From an uncultured virus (IMG/VR IMGVR_UViG_3300043540_000465) (taxonomy: Duplodnaviria; Heunggongvirae; Uroviricota; Caudoviricetes), in IMG/VR virus record IMGVR_UViG_3300043540_000465: a DNA stretch of 29,350 nt; one strand, 5' to 3'. The notes below the pieces were generated by a model that made no database searches, was not told the origin of the DNA, and saw only the letters and a program-made list of their open reading frames with translations. Shown one piece after another: positions 26,813-29,350 of this stretch. Position numbers and translations under genes: made by a program. The stretch's first letter is position 1; every line of letters starts with the position of its first letter.

Positions 26813-27089
26813 CCTCGCCCGTGTTCGGGCACATCGCTTCCCTAGCGGGGCAGTAGAAAGCGACGGGTGAACCAGTCTTAGTTTGGTTACAACGCCCTTC
26901 GGCTTCGGGATTGTCCCCTTGCCCATCTAGGCAGCGCAGCCAACACGTCTGCGTCGGGGCTTCCAGTCTCAATGCTTGTGCTTTCCAATCGCGGGCTTCA
27001 GTGTCCCACTGGCATTAGAGGCGCTCAAGGGTCCATGGGCCTTTCCTCCTTGGTTGGAAGTCGCTGGTGGGTTGCATCTCCCCGCCGGG
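26813..27089 (-). ncRNA. Candidate structured RNA, tandem copy 1 (277 nt)
   Basis: Starts immediately after the TGA of the 27090 gene: CCCGGCGGGG-GATGCAACCC...CTTCCAA...GGAGGAAAG...ATGGACCC. Confidence 0.55.
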
Positions 27090-27479
27090 TCAGACGTTGG
27101 GCGTGCCGTGACGACCGGACGCGGCCACGTAGAGCTTGTCCGTGGCCGTGCCCTCCTCCTCCGGCAGCGAGTCCAAGCCGCTGATGAAGACCCGCTTGGC
27201 CAGGTCCCTCCGCACGGCGAAGAACTGGCCCCCGCCCCGTCCGCCGTGCCAGTCGTAAACCAGCGTGTAGCGCTGGATGGACTTGTGCCCCTGGGCCTCG
27301 GTCTTGACCGGGATGGTCTCGACCTTGACCCGCCGAAGCTTGTGCTGCCTGACCGTGCTCGGGGTGACCGCTCCGGTGTCCAGCTTCTCGAACACGCGGA
27401 GAGCCCGGCGCTTGAGCTTGGTCCTGATGTCTGCCTCGACTTCCGGCTTCCTCGGCGGAGCCGCCTTGGTCTTCTCCAT
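27090..27479 (-). CDS. Basic hypothetical protein
   Basis: AGGAGG RBS, strong codon bias. Confidence 0.8.
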   Translation of the reverse strand: MEKTKAAPPRKPEVEADIRTKLKRRALRVFEKLDTGAVTPSTVRQHKLRRVKVETIPVKTEAQGHKSIQRYTLVYDWHGGRGGGQFFAVRRDLAKRVFISGLDSLPEEEGTATDKLYVAASGRHGTPNV

Positions 27480-27549
27480 GATCAGTCCTCCTGATGTGGT
27501 TCAGGAACAGCTTGATGGCGCACTCAAGTGTCTGACCAGCCTCCCCGGT

Positions 27550-27813
27550 TCAGACATAACGCACCGAAGACCTCTCGAGATTCGCCAGCAATTGCTGGCG
27601 AGAAACTTCGCCCAGTGGTGGGCACCCTTTGTGCCGACCCTGACCCAGCATGTGCGCCAGGTCGTCATGCGTCCTGAGATTGTGCTGATTGATGAGAGCC
27701 AGCAGCAGCTTCCTGGGCATCGGGGTGTGGCCGTGTGGACCTCCAAGAATGGTTACAAACCAGCCGTGCCCCGACTGCCCAGGAAGCTGCCAGAGATCGC
27801 GATCTCCGATCAC
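27550..27813 (-). CDS. Hypothetical protein
   Basis: GAGGAG RBS then GTG 27813 (MIGDRDLWQLPG...). Confidence 0.55.
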   Translation of the reverse strand: MIGDRDLWQLPGQSGHGWFVTILGGPHGHTPMPRKLLLALINQHNLRTHDDLAHMLGQGRHKGCPPLGEVSRQQLLANLERSSVRYV

Positions 27814-27972
27814 GATCTTGCTCTCCTCACCGTTCGTACCGTGGTAGCGGGCCTGTGACGTCGTTGCTAGCTCTCGGGTTCTGACGTCCGATACCCTTGC
27901 GGCCCCTCTAGGCCAAAGTCCCATCGGTGGGTTCTAGACCACTAACGGGACCAGGTGTTCCCTGGACATCCC

Positions 27973-28010
27973 AAAAAAAAGCAGCGGAGTGACACCACCT
28001 GCTTCCGCCG
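27973..28010 (-). terminator. Intrinsic terminator / attenuator
   Basis: CGGCGGA...TCCGCTG stem (alternatively AAGCAG...CTGCTT) followed by a T8 run. Confidence 0.7.
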
Positions 28011-28044
28011 ATCCCAACGGCCTCCTAGCCGAGGCGTCTCGGTA

Positions 28045-28119
28045 CTAGGAGATTTTTGCTCGGCTTAAACTAGGTGCATGAACTTCGCTATACCACACCA
28101 TCTCAGCGTCAGCGATCAT
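28045..28119 (-). CDS. Putative 24-aa leader peptide (MIADAEMVWYSEVHAPSLSRAKIS)
   Basis: GGAGG 7 nt before the ATG; lies between a promoter and a terminator; stop codon sits inside a hairpin arm. Confidence 0.4.
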   Translation of the reverse strand: MIADAEMVWYSEVHAPSLSRAKIS

Positions 28120-28213
28120 TAGCATGCCTCCATTAACCCTTTACATAGTTGGTGGGGGGAGGGTCGGAATGGGGGAAAGGGGTGCCCCGTTTGGCACTCC
28201 TGCTTACAGCTCT

Positions 28214-28242
28214 AGTATATGCCTAGCGTTCCGACGAGGCAA
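28214..28242 (-). promoter_or_regulatory. Sigma70-type promoter
   Basis: TTGCCT-17 bp-TATACT, with upstream TTTTTCGC as at two of the other promoters. Confidence 0.8.
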
Positions 28243-28341
28243 GCGAAAAACAGCGCCAGGGCGAAACTTTTTCCGTCGAGACTACGCATACTTACGCGAT
28301 TTCCGCGCCGGAGAGTGAACCTGGCTGTGCGGGGTGCAGAG

Positions 28342-28587
28342 ATGCTGAAGCACGACGGCGAGGTGTGGGTCTACTGGAAGGATCCAGAATCTGGTAAGCG
28401 CAAGAGCGCTCTGGCGGAACGGGTTACGAGTTCCGGGGTCATGCTCAAGCAAGTCGAGGACAAGAACCCCGAGCGCATCAAGGTTCTGGACGTGCTTGAG
28501 TTCATCCAGGGAGAGGAGCACAAGGCCCGACTCTCCGGTAGCGTCAACGAGCGCGAACCTCCCACCACGCGGAAGAAGCGAAAGTGA
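28342..28587 (+). CDS. Hypothetical protein
   Basis: GGGGTG RBS, MLKHDGEVWVYW..., good codon bias from 28342. Confidence 0.7.
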   Translation: MLKHDGEVWVYWKDPESGKRKSALAERVTSSGVMLKQVEDKNPERIKVLDVLEFIQGEEHKARLSGSVNEREPPTTRKKRK

Positions 28588-28595
28588 GGCAGGCC

Positions 28596-28760
28596 ATGGA
28601 ATACTGCACGCTGTCGCTCTACCTTCCGCGCCGTTCCTACCTTCACCTGCTGGACGTGGCGGTGCAGATGCTCGGGTTCAAGTCGCGGTCGGAGTGTCTG
28701 ACGCGACTGTTGGAGCGGCTGTTTGCCGCCGGGCGTTGCATTCCTCTGACAGCTAGCTAG
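28596..28760 (+). CDS. 54-aa ribbon-helix-helix (CopG/NikR-like) DNA-binding protein (below the ORF-track cutoff)
   Basis: MEYCTLSLYLPRRSYLHLLDVAVQMLGFKSRSECLTRLLERLF: beta strand, helix, G-x-x-SRSE, helix. GAGG RBS. Confidence 0.65.
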   Translation: MEYCTLSLYLPRRSYLHLLDVAVQMLGFKSRSECLTRLLERLFAAGRCIPLTAS

Positions 28761-29350
28761 CTAGCGCGTGCGATTCCGCTTCTGCCGCCCGCTCGTCAAC
28801 TTGTCGGCCAGTTCTTCGCTTGCGAGCGGGAGCAACACCGCGATCCCGCGCAGCTTCGCCTGATACCGCAAGTCCCGGTTCGTTCCTGGGTACGCGGCGG
28901 CGATCTGCGCGTCGCTCTCGCCTTCAATGATGCTGCGCCTGGCGATATCCACGTTGCGCGCCGCGCGCCCGGTCAGCGTCAGCGTGCTAAGCAACGTATA
29001 GAATTCTGCACGACACCGCGCCTCTCGCGCCGCTTCCTCGCTCTCGACGCGCGCCGCTTCCTCGGCGCAAAGCTCGCGCCGCTTCAGGGAGTCAAGGTGC
29101 ATACGCCGAGAGATGATGAGGTTACGCGTCGCGATGAAGGCGTACCCCTTTGCGTTCACGGGCGCGTGCTCAAGGCAGCGCTCGCGAATGGTCGCCAGGT
29201 CAGCCAGCGACAACCGCACCATGCCGCCCATGTGGCGCAGTGCAACTGCGATGCCTCGGCTGATGGCGGCGTGCTTCAACATGTGCTCCCCCACCAGGTC
29301 GCCGTTGCAGCCGTTCTGCTCGTTCGCGTTCCCGTTCGCGTTCCCGTTCG
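28761..29350 (-). CDS. ECF/sigma70-family sigma-factor-like protein, 5' end outside the window
   Basis: Region-2-like NAKGYAFIATRNLIISRR and region-4-like IIEGESDAQIAAAY...RYQAKLRG. The frame is open to the window edge through NGNA repeats. Confidence 0.55.
   Translation of the reverse strand, partial: NGNANGNANEQNGCNGDLVGEHMLKHAAISRGIAVALRHMGGMVRLSLADLATIRERCLEHAPVNAKGYAFIATRNLIISRRMHLDSLKRRELCAEEAARVESEEAAREARCRAEFYTLLSTLTLTGRAARNVDIARRSIIEGESDAQIAAAYPGTNRDLRYQAKLRGIAVLLPLASEELADKLTSGRQKRNRTR

Noticed and set aside
26378..26972. ORFs 26559-26972 (-), 26392-26766 (+) and similar as protein genes
   Set aside because: They lack an RBS and codon bias, and they cross the boundary between the two repeat copies without preserving frame between copies.
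26760..27060. GAGGAAAG and TGCCAG resembling RNase P RNA; GATGCAACC resembling riboswitch or group II intron pieces
   Set aside because: The partner motifs (RNase P 3' AGAACCCGGCTTA strand, group II domain V, full aptamer consensus) were not found. The matches are too short to assign a family.
1..29350. Genome-wide reassignment of TAG to an amino acid
   Set aside because: Many clear genes end at TAG immediately before the next RBS or a terminator (423, 1318, 8841, 13736), and the long ORFs contain no internal TAG. Only occasional read-through remains possible.

Overview
High-GC fragment of a large tailed-phage genome with two opposed halves. The + strand (1-17037) carries probable virion genes, a cluster of small proteins sharing an N-terminal [ILV]-x-[YF]-x-G-x-x-Y-x-x leader (several broken by frameshifts or premature TAGs, one with an ADP-ribosyltransferase-like signature), an intact and a decayed HNH gene, an Asp/Ser-repeat acidic protein, a family A DNA polymerase fused to a family-4 uracil-DNA glycosylase domain, a Cys-rich lipoprotein and a HExxH protein. 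The - strand (17034-29350) is an early-type region of small genes driven by four near-consensus sigma70 promoters with a shared extended -10, a repeated pre-start motif, and an ECF-sigma-like gene. The strongest unexplained signal is a tandem pair of diverged ~276-nt non-coding elements (26538-27089, - strand). Both copies keep their stems and a Shine-Dalgarno + Met-Asp-Pro-stop minigene. No tRNA, rRNA or CRISPR array was recognised. All alignments were made by eye and all family calls rest on motif recognition, not database searches.
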